A stretch of DNA of 64,000 nucleotides from positions 3,406 to 67,405 of the forward strand of contig DKCO01000043.1 of assembly GCA_002452215.1 (NCBI GenBank), written 5' to 3'. Made by a program: the position numbers and the translations under genes. The stretch comes from Spirochaetales bacterium UBA6872. GTDB taxonomy: Bacteria; Spirochaetota; Spirochaetia; Sphaerochaetales; Sphaerochaetaceae. The notes beneath the pieces were generated by a model. That model did no database searches. It was not told where the DNA came from and worked only from the letters and a program-made list of their open reading frames with translations. Positions 30,590 to 39,611 of this stretch are shown here, one piece after another (position 1 is the first letter of the stretch; every line of letters begins with the position of its first letter).

Positions 30590-31706
30590 AGCTCGATGGA
30601 TAAGAGAAAATCTCTTCTGTCATCTCCTGATTTAAGAACATCTTGCAAACCTCATTGGTCTTTGCTCTCATATCAATGTCCTCGAACAAGTCAGGGTAAA
30701 CAGTCTTGGCAACAAACCAAGTATTGATCAAAGCGATTTCGTAGTTGGTATAGTAAGCGTTGTAAGCCATCTGCAGATACACATTTGCATCATTCCATGC
30801 CTTGCAAGTGTCAAACATCGTATTGTCCTCTCGATAGAGTGGAATGATATTTTTAACTGCGGCAGCATCAATGATCATAATATCAATATCATTTCCAATA
30901 TCGACAAACTTCTCAGACTCGATTTTTTGTACTCCAGGAGCTAGCAAACCGGTAACAGCATTCTTTACGTTGGCAATATCAAATACAATATAGTCTCCAG
31001 ATGTCATCAGGTGATTTGCAGTTCCCCAATTGCCAAGGCCGCATATATAAACGCTTGGCTTATCGTCGCCAGCAATATTTTCAGTTCGAGATGCAATTTC
31101 AGCAGCTTCATTCTCAATGAATGAAATCAGAAGAGAAGCCCTTTCCTCCTCTCCGAAGAGCTTGCCAAGCAAAATCATGGATGCCTTGAAGGAATCATCA
31201 AAAACACCATCCGGACCCGATTTCAAAGTGATAACAGGAACGCCAAGCTGCTCTTGAAGGGCATTGGCTTTGTCTACATCCTCGAATTCGGAAATAACGA
31301 TATCCGGATTGCATGAAAGAATTTTCTCAGCTTCGGCCGTCTGGGCCATCGGGCCACCGACACCACAAGAGTTCAGCTTGCTAAAGACATCGCCATAAGC
31401 AATCACATAAGGTCGGGCAACAGAGTCAAACATCCTGGGTCTTTCGACCAGTTTGGTATTATCGATATCCTCGACGCCACAGAGAAGATCAACGCTTGCG
31501 ATGTAGCTATACATACGTAGAGCACCAGCACCAACACAGACAACTCTTTCATAGCTTCCTGGTATTACATCAACCTTACGACCAATCATATCTGTAACTG
31601 TTATCGACTCCGGTTCCCCTTTCAAGTTTTCTTCATTGTTGCCACTAGCGTACAGTGAAAAAAACATGACCAATGCAAACACAAACGCCAAAATCCTCTT
31701 ATTCAT
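30546..31706 (-). CDS. ABC transporter substrate-binding protein, iron-siderophore/cobalamin (FecB/BtuF) type
   Basis: 386 aa with a signal peptide. It sits in context with a FecCD permease and a FepC-like ATPase. Confidence 0.7.
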   Translation of the reverse strand: MNKRILAFVFALVMFFSLYASGNNEENLKGEPESITVTDMIGRKVDVIPGSYERVVCVGAGALRMYSYIASVDLLCGVEDIDNTKLVERPRMFDSVARPYVIAYGDVFSKLNSCGVGGPMAQTAEAEKILSCNPDIVISEFEDVDKANALQEQLGVPVITLKSGPDGVFDDSFKASMILLGKLFGEEERASLLISFIENEAAEIASRTENIAGDDKPSVYICGLGNWGTANHLMTSGDYIVFDIANVKNAVTGLLAPGVQKIESEKFVDIGNDIDIMIIDAAAVKNIIPLYREDNTMFDTCKAWNDANVYLQMAYNAYYTNYEIALINTWFVAKTVYPDLFEDIDMRAKTNEVCKMFLNQEMTEEIFSYPSSFGGYQKIDTETFFN

Positions 31707-32467
31707 TTTCTATTTCCTCCAATGATAATTTTCTGATTTTCTATCTCGACAATCCTTACATCAATTCCAAAAGTGTCTTTAATCGCAGTCTCATTCATAG
31801 CATCCTTTCCACCGTGATGCTTTATCACACCATCTTGCATGAAAAAGAATTTATCACCAAAATCGAGTGCCCGGTTCAAATCATGAATCGAGCTTAATAT
31901 GGCAATATTCCTATTCTTTGCCAGATTTTTCGCCTCCTCTATGATAAGTTCTTCATTTGCGATGTCCAGATTGCCAGTAGGCTCATCAAACACAAGCAAT
32001 TTAGGTTCCTGCGCTATAGCTCTAGCAATAGCAACCTTCTGCCTTTCGCCACCAGAAAGCTCATCCACATCTTTCATGGCATATCCTTCAAGTTGCATAT
32101 CCATAAGTATTTTTTCTACAGCTTCATAGTCTCTGGCATTTGCCTTCAGTCCAAAATAAGAGACTCTTCCCATTAGAACAGAATCAAATACAGTCAATGC
32201 GCCGAATTTAATGTCTTGCGGAACATAAGCAATCAGTCTCGCGCGATCCCGGCGTGGCATCTTCGATATATTCTCGCCATCAAAGCAAATGTGGCCGGCT
32301 GTGGGAGACAATATGCCTAAGATGTTTTTGAACAACGTTGTTTTACCTGAGCCGTTTTTTCCTAGCAAAATCCCGATTTCACCTGCATTTAATTTGAGGT
32401 TTACACCATTCAAAACAAACGGAGAGCTTTTTCCGTAGCGAAAGCAAAGGTTTTCAATCTCTAGCAT
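31703..32467 (-). CDS. ABC transporter ATP-binding protein (FepC/FecE type)
   Basis: Walker A motif GKNGSGKTT, signature motif LSGGERQ and Walker B motif LLVFDEPT are present. Confidence 0.85.
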   Translation of the reverse strand: MLEIENLCFRYGKSSPFVLNGVNLKLNAGEIGILLGKNGSGKTTLFKNILGILSPTAGHICFDGENISKMPRRDRARLIAYVPQDIKFGALTVFDSVLMGRVSYFGLKANARDYEAVEKILMDMQLEGYAMKDVDELSGGERQKVAIARAIAQEPKLLVFDEPTGNLDIANEELIIEEAKNLAKNRNIAILSSIHDLNRALDFGDKFFFMQDGVIKHHGGKDAMNETAIKDTFGIDVRIVEIENQKIIIGGNRK

Positions 32468-33585
32468 CGACTCATCCCCTTTCGCGAAAAGATAAGAGCG
32501 ACAAAGAAGGGCGCGCCAAGCAAGGAAGTAAGCGCACCAACAGGTAAGGAAGAGCCGTTTCCAATGCTACGAGAAAGTGCATCAGATACCAAGAGAAGCA
32601 AACTTCCGCAAAGTGCAGACATCGGTATCGAAAATCGATGGTCCTGTCCAAGCATCCTCTTTGCAACATGAGGGCAAATAAGGCCGACAAAACCAATAAT
32701 CCCCAAAAATGAAACACATGCAGCACAAATCATGGAAGCCAATAGCATCGATAAAAACCGTAGCTTTGCTACATGCACACCCATGCTTCTGGCCGTTTGA
32801 TCACCGCTTAACAATGCATTGAATCGCCAAGACATAACCTGAAAGAAAATCATACCCAAAAGCACGAGTACAAACATAATGGCATTAGTTTTGTAAGTAG
32901 CTCTGCCAAGATCGCCAAAACTCCAGACAACAGCAGCAGAAAGCCCTACATCGGTTGCAAAGAATTGCAAAATAGCGGTTGCCGCAGTCCATACAGAGCC
33001 GACAGCTATACCGGCAAGCACCACTACACTTGGCGAGAATGACCGTATTTTACATAATCCTAAAATCAGCAGAACAGATGCCGTTGAGAATATAAAGGCC
33101 ATTAGGCTTGTCGAATACGGATTTGCGCCCACAGAAAAATTATTCACATTGCCACCGACTGAGAGAAATCCTCCCGCAAATGCAATAATGGACAAATTCG
33201 CACCAAATACAGCCGCATTTGAAACACCCAACGTAGTTGGAGATGCCATAGTGTTATCCAATGTCGTTTGCATGATAAGGCCAGAAACAGATAGCCCTGC
33301 TCCAGCGATAATAGCCGCCAGGACTCTCGGGATTCGAATACTCCAAATGATTCTTTGCTGAGCTTTCGTTCCGTTGAGCATCAATGCCTTCAATGTCTCG
33401 TCGAATGTCATAGCTGACGAGCCAACAAACATGGATGATACGGCCATGGCAACAACTGCAGCAAGCATTGCCATAATAATCAACCCAGACTTTCTGTTTT
33501 TCTTTTTAATATCTATTTGTCTGTTCATCTTCCAATAAAAATAGGCTGTCGCATCCATCTTCTGACAGATAACAACAGCCTTCAT
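32461..33585 (-). CDS. FecCD-family ABC permease
   Basis: Polytopic membrane protein with a typical FecCD C-terminus (VGALTSLLGAPFFVALI). The real start is probably M20 at 33528. Confidence 0.8.
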   Translation of the reverse strand: MKAVVICQKMDATAYFYWKMNRQIDIKKKNRKSGLIIMAMLAAVVAMAVSSMFVGSSAMTFDETLKALMLNGTKAQQRIIWSIRIPRVLAAIIAGAGLSVSGLIMQTTLDNTMASPTTLGVSNAAVFGANLSIIAFAGGFLSVGGNVNNFSVGANPYSTSLMAFIFSTASVLLILGLCKIRSFSPSVVVLAGIAVGSVWTAATAILQFFATDVGLSAAVVWSFGDLGRATYKTNAIMFVLVLLGMIFFQVMSWRFNALLSGDQTARSMGVHVAKLRFLSMLLASMICAACVSFLGIIGFVGLICPHVAKRMLGQDHRFSIPMSALCGSLLLLVSDALSRSIGNGSSLPVGALTSLLGAPFFVALIFSRKGMSRC

Positions 33586-33705
33586 GACCGTAATTTAGCA
33601 ATATGGATAATATAAATCCGAACAAAAACTTATCGGCTTCTGCCGATTTAAGCCGAGTAGGCTCGACCATTGACTAGATTTTTGTATCACAGCTTGCACT
33701 GTTTT

Positions 33706-34122
33706 TCAAGGTTTTTGAGAAAGTATTTCACGAATCTTTATAATGCAATCATCAAGAATACCTGATGTATTTATCCTATCGACTCCGGCAATATAGTTGT
33801 CGCATAAGTTCATCGGCAAAAGAATACGAACAGCATTGCTACGTCCAACAGCCAATGCCATATCTGGTGTTATTTCACCCCACAGGGAATCGGCAATGGC
33901 TATGCCAATCGGCCCGATGATAATGTCTGCTGTACGACATCCAACCACAACCGCATTTTCGCCAGTTGCCGTTCGATCCGCTCCGGCTTTAAGCATCGCT
34001 TGGGATGCAAGCGCATTTGTACCTACAGCTGTTATAATCTGCTCCGGAAAGTTTTTCTTGATATTCTCTACAAGCTTGCGGCCAACACCACCGCCTTGTC
34101 CATCTATGATTAGTATATTCAT
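33706..34122 (-). CDS. DUF3842-like small protein
   Basis: 138 aa. The N-terminus MNILIIDGQGGGVGRKLVE... recalls the DUF3842 family. It is the first gene of the ABC operon. Confidence 0.5.
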   Translation of the reverse strand: MNILIIDGQGGGVGRKLVENIKKNFPEQIITAVGTNALASQAMLKAGADRTATGENAVVVGCRTADIIIGPIGIAIADSLWGEITPDMALAVGRSNAVRILLPMNLCDNYIAGVDRINTSGILDDCIIKIREILSQKP

Positions 34123-34451
34123 GTTACTGTCCTTTCAAATACAAAGCATATCTGCCAAGCAAATAGTCCTTGATTTTCTATCTCGTTTCTCTCTTTTAGG
34201 CATCGATATACTACCAAGAAAACAAACATAGCGCTATATACATCTTTAGCCAAACTCAGATAGTGGTTGGAACATAGATCTGATTGTCTTGAGATGCAGA
34301 GTGCAAATCCAGAGCTCGAAAAGAGCGATTTCATGAGATTCTGCCTTTTGTATGAATGCTCATTACTTGACTTCCATTCCTCAATGCTGTGCTACCCACT
34401 ACTGTGATGAAGACTATCAACAATCAAATGTGCAAAAAATGTTTTAAAGAA

Positions 34452-34556
34452 CTGAAAGCTCCAGATGCAACTAGAGCCTTCAGTTATCGGCTGTTAGAGA
34501 ATATGCAAAGCATCAAAATCAATCAAAAGATGGCACTTGTCGCCAACATTGTAGAC
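34452..34556. repeat. Direct repeat copy 1: orphan duplicate of the 3' end and downstream hairpin of the ABC ATPase gene at 35422-36507
   Basis: 34471-34556 matches 35399-35484 at 85 of 86 nt. The preceding 19 nt match at 14 of 19. Confidence 0.9.
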
Positions 34557-34637
34557 GTTAATGCATCTTACATAATGACAGCATGTTGATATTAGACTAA
34601 CATTTGCGCATACTAGACTTAACAGAAGGTGTTCTAT

Positions 34638-34910
34638 ATGGCAACAACTAATTTAAATATTCGCACAGACAAGACAATCAAAAATCAAGCAGAACAAATC
34701 TTCAATGAACTCGGTCTGAATATGACAACTGCTGTAAATATTTTCCTAAGAGCCACTATCCGTGAGCATGGTATTCCTTTTGAATTGAAATTGGAAACAC
34801 CGAATGACACTACAGTCGCTGCAATTGAGGAAGGCAGAAAGATGATGGATGATCCTTCTGCTCCACGATATTCCAACATAGATGAACTTAAGGCAGCATT
34901 GGACATATGA
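34638..34910 (+). CDS. dinJ: RelB/DinJ-family antitoxin
   Basis: MATTNLNIRTDKTIKNQAEQIFNELGLNMTTAVNIFLRATIRE... is a typical DinJ N-terminus. The ATG at 34638 follows AGAAGGTG; the ORF-track start at 34629 is a GTG. ATGA overlap with the toxin gene. Confidence 0.85.
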   Translation: MATTNLNIRTDKTIKNQAEQIFNELGLNMTTAVNIFLRATIREHGIPFELKLETPNDTTVAAIEEGRKMMDDPSAPRYSNIDELKAALDI

Positions 34911-35188
34911 AATATGATATTCAGTTTACCAATCAGTTCAAAAAAGATTTGAAGCTTGCAAGAAAGCAAAAGAAAAATCTTGATAAGCTGTTTGAAGTAG
35001 TCGACATTCTGGCAAATGGTGGTAAGCTGGAAGCAAAATACAGGGATCATGATCTTGCAGGCGATTATAAAGGCACGCATGAATGTCACATTGAGCCAGA
35101 CTGGTTGTTTATTTATGAGATTCAGAGCAATGCTTTAGTTTTAATGCTTTACAGACTTGGTACACACTCAGAACTATTCAAAAAGTAA
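34907..35188 (+). CDS. yafQ: YafQ-family type II toxin (mRNA interferase)
   Basis: 93 aa. MKYDIQFTNQFKKDLKLARKQ...DHDLAGDYKGTHECHIEPDWLFIY...LGTHSELF matches the YafQ pattern. Confidence 0.85.
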   Translation: MKYDIQFTNQFKKDLKLARKQKKNLDKLFEVVDILANGGKLEAKYRDHDLAGDYKGTHECHIEPDWLFIYEIQSNALVLMLYRLGTHSELFKK

Positions 35189-35379
35189 GTTCAGGAACAA
35201 AATAGAAATTTGAAAAGAATCTATGCCTAAATTGCTCGTAAAAGTATAGCAAAAACTGACAAGACTGACATCAAAATATCAATAGCCTTTGGCTATACAA
35301 TCACCACCTCTCAAGGTTTTCTCTACTTATCAAGCTCTAGCCACAACAATACATGGAGCCTTGAAATGTTTGCATATAT

Positions 35380-35484
35380 CTGAAAGCCCTAGAAAAAACT
35401 AGAGCCTTCAGCTATCGGCTGTTAGAGAATATGCAAAGCATCAAAATCAATCAAAAGATGGCACTTGTCGCCAACATTGTAGAC
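35380..35484. repeat. Direct repeat copy 2: the functional 3' end of the ABC ATPase gene plus its downstream hairpin
   Basis: See copy 1. 35422-35484 encodes the last 20 codons plus the stop codon of the ATPase gene. Confidence 0.9.
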
Positions 35485-36507
35485 TTTTCTATTCTTCGGA
35501 TTGTGATCCTCAAGCTTCACAAGCGTATCACCAAGCATGACATGGTAATTTTGATATGCACCCATGAAGCAAGACAGTACTACTTTGCACTCAAATCCTC
35601 CCGATTCAGCAAGGCTTGAGGCTTCAGGGCGCAAAACAATTGTATATTCCTTACCAATTTCAAGATTATTTTTCCTTGGAGCTAGAAGCTTATTGCCTTC
35701 AAAATCGAACAATGAATAGTCACCATCATCTCCGATGTACTTGCCTTTAAGGAAATTGGCTTCTCCGATGAAATCAGCAACAAATTCATCAACAGGATGA
35801 TAGTATACATCTTTTGGTGTACCCATTTGGGCTACTACGCCTTTGTTCATGATAATGATTTTATCAGATATAGCCATAGCTTCCGACTGATCATGTGTTA
35901 CATAGATTGCTGTTATGCCGACCTCTTGTTGTATACGTCGAATCTCGGTTCTCATTTGCACTCTAAGCTTTGCATCTAGATTCGACAATGGCTCATCGAA
36001 AAGAAGGACAGATGGCTCGATTACCAAAGCACGCGCAAGTGCAACCCTTTGTTGCTGGCCTCCTGAAAGCTGGTTTGTCATCCTATCTTCCATTCCTGAA
36101 AGCTCAACAAGGTCCAATATCTTCATTACTTTTTCTCTTATCACATCCTTCGGAAGTTTTCTCAGCTTCAAACCATATGCAACATTGTCGAAAATATTGT
36201 AATGAGGAAGAAGAGCATAGCTTTGGAAGACCATTGCTGTATCACGCTTGTTTGGCGTAAGACTGTTTATCGGCTCATTGCCGAGATATATTTCTCCTTC
36301 ATCAGGACTCTCAAAGCCCGCAATCATTCTCAAAGTCGTTGTCTTTCCACATCCAGAAGGTCCAAGAAGCGTCACAAAAGACCCTGCCTCTATCTCAAGA
36401 GATGTATCCTTCACAGCGTAAAAATCCTTCTTTGTCTTTGGATCTGTATATATCTTTGAGATATGTTCTAGACGAACACCTTTCTTTGTTTTCTCCATAT
36501 TATTCAC
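35422..36507 (-). CDS. ABC transporter ATP-binding protein (PotA/FbpC type)
   Basis: 361 aa with GPSGCGKTT, LSGGQQQRVALARAL, LLFDEPLS and a C-terminal TOBE-like domain. Confidence 0.85.
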   Translation of the reverse strand: MNNMEKTKKGVRLEHISKIYTDPKTKKDFYAVKDTSLEIEAGSFVTLLGPSGCGKTTTLRMIAGFESPDEGEIYLGNEPINSLTPNKRDTAMVFQSYALLPHYNIFDNVAYGLKLRKLPKDVIREKVMKILDLVELSGMEDRMTNQLSGGQQQRVALARALVIEPSVLLFDEPLSNLDAKLRVQMRTEIRRIQQEVGITAIYVTHDQSEAMAISDKIIIMNKGVVAQMGTPKDVYYHPVDEFVADFIGEANFLKGKYIGDDGDYSLFDFEGNKLLAPRKNNLEIGKEYTIVLRPEASSLAESGGFECKVVLSCFMGAYQNYHVMLGDTLVKLEDHNPKNRKVYNVGDKCHLLIDFDALHIL

Positions 36508-38212
36508 TCTCCTTGAGTTTTCTGCTAGTTCCGAAGTACTTGATGAATAGATCCATCAAAAGCACGGATCCATAAGTTATAGCAATGAGTATAGTTGCAA
36601 ACGCACAAGCCAGACCATATGAGCCTTTCTCTGCAAACTCGTTGATTTGCACAGTAATAAGAAGGAACTCTGGTGTGACAAGAAGTATAATTGCCGATAT
36701 AGCTGTTATGCTTCTTACAAAAGCTGTCACAAGACCGCTTAAGAAAGAGTCCTTGATCAAAGGCAATGTGACAGTCGTGAAGACCTTGAAGCTGTTCGCT
36801 CCCATGTCATATGCCGATTCTTCTATCGACTTATCGATTTGCCTTAATGCCGATATTCCGCTTCTTGTTCCTGTTGGAAGAGATCTGACTACGAAAACAA
36901 TGATCAAAATCAGTGCATAACCGTATAAACCTTGTAAAAAGCCAGTATGGAAAACCCCGCTTGAGAATCCTCTTATGTAACCTACACCTAAAACTGTGCC
37001 TGGCACAGCCATTGCAAGCATGGAAACAGCTTCTATGAAACCTTTTGACTTGAATTTCTTCTTCACAACCAGATATGAGATTATCATTGACAAAAGAGCT
37101 GTAATTGGAGATGCAATCAATGATAACGTAAATGAATCGGTGAACGCCTTTAAGCCCTTATATCGAGTAAATACAAGCTTGAACCATTTTCCAGTAAGCG
37201 GGAAGAACTTATAACCCCAAGTAGGAAATAGTGCCCCTATTGGAACACACGCGTACATGAGTATTACAAAAATAGCAATTGCAGAGCATAATGCAACAAG
37301 AGGAATCTTCACGCTCTTGTCTTCAATTGGCATTCTTGCTCTAGATGCTTTTCCCGTCAACGTTGCTGCAGTTTTCTTCTCAAGAACGTACTTTTGCACC
37401 CAGAACATAACAAGAGTTATAGATAGAAGCACAACAGCCATTGCTGCAGCACCTGGCTTATCATATGCTCCTGTGATTTGCAAATAAATCGTGGTAGCAA
37501 GTGTATCATAAGAGCCACCGATGAGCATTGGGTTTGCAAAATCAGCAATCGATTCGATGAAAGTAACTAAAAATGCATTGCCAAGACCAGGAAGCACAAG
37601 AGGTAGTGTCACACTTGTGAATACCTTGAAGCGAGATGCTCCCATATCACGAGCAGCTTCTTCCAGCGATGGATCTATATTCTTCAAGAGCCCTTTAAGC
37701 ATCATATAGCATACTGGGAAGAATGTAAGTGATTGCACAATTGCAATTCCCCAAAAGCCATAAACGGAATTATCATAGATGCCTAGGATATGCCTTGTTA
37801 TTATGCCTGACTTTCCAAAAAGCATTATCATTGACAATGAAAGCACAAATGGAGGAGAAACAACAGGAAGCATAGATACCAACTTGAACAGCCCTCCAGA
37901 GAATCTTCCCATCTTCAAATAGACTTCAACATATGCGAACAAAAGCCCAACAAGCGTAGAGATTATGCCAACCAGAAAACCGACTTTCAAGGTATTTGCA
38001 ATTGCCGTAGTAAAAGTAGGAATCTTGAATATACGCCTAAAGACTGAAAACCCGAAGCCCCCATCGCCAACAAATGAGTCAACTAGCAATATTGCTAGCG
38101 GATAAAGTATAAAAAGAGTAAGGAAAGCAATTAATACGACAATAGTTGTGACCATAATTGGATCAGCCATTAGCTTTTTCCTATCCAATGCGGCACTCTG
38201 TGCTTTTAACAT
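36500..38212 (-). CDS. ABC permease, duplicated-domain (FbpB/ThiP-like)
   Basis: 570 aa with two tandem BPD-type transmembrane domains, each carrying an EAA-like loop (EEAARDMGASRF and EESAYDMGANSF). Confidence 0.8.
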   Translation of the reverse strand: MLKAQSAALDRKKLMADPIMVTTIVVLIAFLTLFILYPLAILLVDSFVGDGGFGFSVFRRIFKIPTFTTAIANTLKVGFLVGIISTLVGLLFAYVEVYLKMGRFSGGLFKLVSMLPVVSPPFVLSLSMIMLFGKSGIITRHILGIYDNSVYGFWGIAIVQSLTFFPVCYMMLKGLLKNIDPSLEEAARDMGASRFKVFTSVTLPLVLPGLGNAFLVTFIESIADFANPMLIGGSYDTLATTIYLQITGAYDKPGAAAMAVVLLSITLVMFWVQKYVLEKKTAATLTGKASRARMPIEDKSVKIPLVALCSAIAIFVILMYACVPIGALFPTWGYKFFPLTGKWFKLVFTRYKGLKAFTDSFTLSLIASPITALLSMIISYLVVKKKFKSKGFIEAVSMLAMAVPGTVLGVGYIRGFSSGVFHTGFLQGLYGYALILIIVFVVRSLPTGTRSGISALRQIDKSIEESAYDMGANSFKVFTTVTLPLIKDSFLSGLVTAFVRSITAISAIILLVTPEFLLITVQINEFAEKGSYGLACAFATILIAITYGSVLLMDLFIKYFGTSRKLKESE

Positions 38213-38297
38213 AGCTTTTCCTCCTTGTAGTTAGTTAAGAAATCCCAAAAATAGGGATGATTTGCTTTTAACCATCCCTATCCTTTTTCAATATTTG

Positions 38298-39416
38298 TTA
38301 TTTTACTTGGAAACGAGTTGTATCATCTGTCTTGGCTCCAGATGCGGCTAGAGCTGCCATAACCTCTGATACATACCTTTTTATGTTCGCTGTTGCATCT
38401 TCGAAGTCATAATCGATAACATTTGATGGATCAAGACCGAATTCGTAAGCAATCTCAGGCTGTTCTGCATTGTCCAATACCAAGAATTGATATGAGCCAT
38501 TGTCCTTTGCAATATTAACGCAATCCGGCGACAACGCATATTCAATCCACAGTTTTGCTGCGTTTGGATGCTTTGCACCCTTGAAGATTGCTGTTGCTCC
38601 AATTTCGCATGTAGTTCCGCTAGATGGGACTACAAGTCCGATGTTGTCATAGCCATTGTCGACGATTTGTGCAATTCCGTCATGCAAGAAGCCAAGGCCA
38701 ATAACGCACTCACCTGTTCCAACATTCTTCGATGGGCCAGATCCTGATTTTGTATAGACTTGCACATTCTTATCGAGATCAACGAGATACTGGATTCCAG
38801 CATCATGCCCATACTTTTGGATTGCTGTATTGATTATAAGCTTTGCTGTTCCAGCTGTGTTGTAATTGGATGTCCAAATAAGGCCTTTGTATACAGGATT
38901 TGTCAAGTCAGCGAAATCCTCTGGAACTGGAACTCCAAGTCTCTCAACTTCATCCTTGTTATACATTATGCCTAGAATACCAGTGTAGATTCCATGCCAA
39001 TAATGGTTCTTGTCCATATAAACAGGTTTTGTTATATGAACAGCATTTTCTGCAGCGTAAGCTTCCAAAAGCCCTTCAGATGCCAATACATTGTACGGGT
39101 CTGTTGTTCCGCCAAACCAGACATCAGCTGATGGATTGCCATTTTCTTCTTCAATCTTGGCTTGTACCTCGCCTGTTGATAGTCTTTGGTACTTGACTTC
39201 TATTCCATACATCTTCTGGAATTTTTCACAGGCAGCAGCAAGATATTCTTCTTCGCATGAGCCATAAACGATAAGCTCTCCCTCTGCTTTAGCTGCAGCT
39301 ACAAGAGGTGACTCATCAGTTGCATTTTGCGCTATAGATACGTCCTTTGCTCCATTTGCAAATGCAGATGAAAGCACAACAAAGACAACGAGCAATAATA
39401 TGAATGCCTTTTTCAT
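38298..39416 (-). CDS. ABC substrate-binding protein (family 1; Fe3+/polyamine/thiamine-like)
   Basis: 372 aa with signal peptide MKKAFILLLVVFVVLSSAFA. It is the first gene of the transporter operon. Confidence 0.7.
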   Translation of the reverse strand: MKKAFILLLVVFVVLSSAFANGAKDVSIAQNATDESPLVAAAKAEGELIVYGSCEEEYLAAACEKFQKMYGIEVKYQRLSTGEVQAKIEEENGNPSADVWFGGTTDPYNVLASEGLLEAYAAENAVHITKPVYMDKNHYWHGIYTGILGIMYNKDEVERLGVPVPEDFADLTNPVYKGLIWTSNYNTAGTAKLIINTAIQKYGHDAGIQYLVDLDKNVQVYTKSGSGPSKNVGTGECVIGLGFLHDGIAQIVDNGYDNIGLVVPSSGTTCEIGATAIFKGAKHPNAAKLWIEYALSPDCVNIAKDNGSYQFLVLDNAEQPEIAYEFGLDPSNVIDYDFEDATANIKRYVSEVMAALAASGAKTDDTTRFQVK

Positions 39417-39611
39417 TCATTCCTCCCTTTTTAGATAAAATCAATGTAATTATATTCTATAAATAAAAAGGGTGTATATTTTTTTATCTCAAATTCTCTG
39501 ATTTAGATCAACGATACATTGTACCGTAAAGATCCATCTTCGAAAGACTGTTGTTATAGAATACATCGCAACTAGATTTTTGCAATTATTTAAGTTAGTA
39601 TACGCTAACAA

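Noticed and set aside
33631-33660. Hairpin ATCGGC-TTCT-GCCGAT between the DUF3842 gene and the FecCD permease gene, considered as an intra-operon terminator.
   Set aside because: The stem is only 6 bp, the T tract is short and displaced, and competing pairings are nearby (TCGGCT/AGCCGA). It may be an mRNA processing or stability element, but I cannot support a terminator call.
34123-34451. Cobalamin riboswitch upstream of the BtuF/FecCD-type transporter.
   Set aside because: I could not find a convincing B12 box (GCCACUG or AGYCMGGAGACCKGCC-like) or the GGUG-AA-CC core by eye. It is reported only as an unexplained long leader that needs an Infernal scan.
34389-34589. Two ORFs (34389-34589 and 35431-35619) sharing the peptide MQSIKINQKMALVANIVD, which looked like a duplicated small gene.
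   Set aside because: The shared peptide is the antisense reading of the duplicated ATPase 3' end (the direct repeat). Outside the repeat the two ORFs are unrelated.
34452-35484. Integron gene-cassette interpretation of the toxin-antitoxin insert, with the hairpin as an attC-like site.
   Set aside because: No intI gene or cassette array is in the window. The GTTAGAG near the hairpin does not fit the GTTRRRY core. A single cassette bounded by duplicated host coding sequence fits homologous or Campbell-type integration better. The idea is kept only as a remote possibility.
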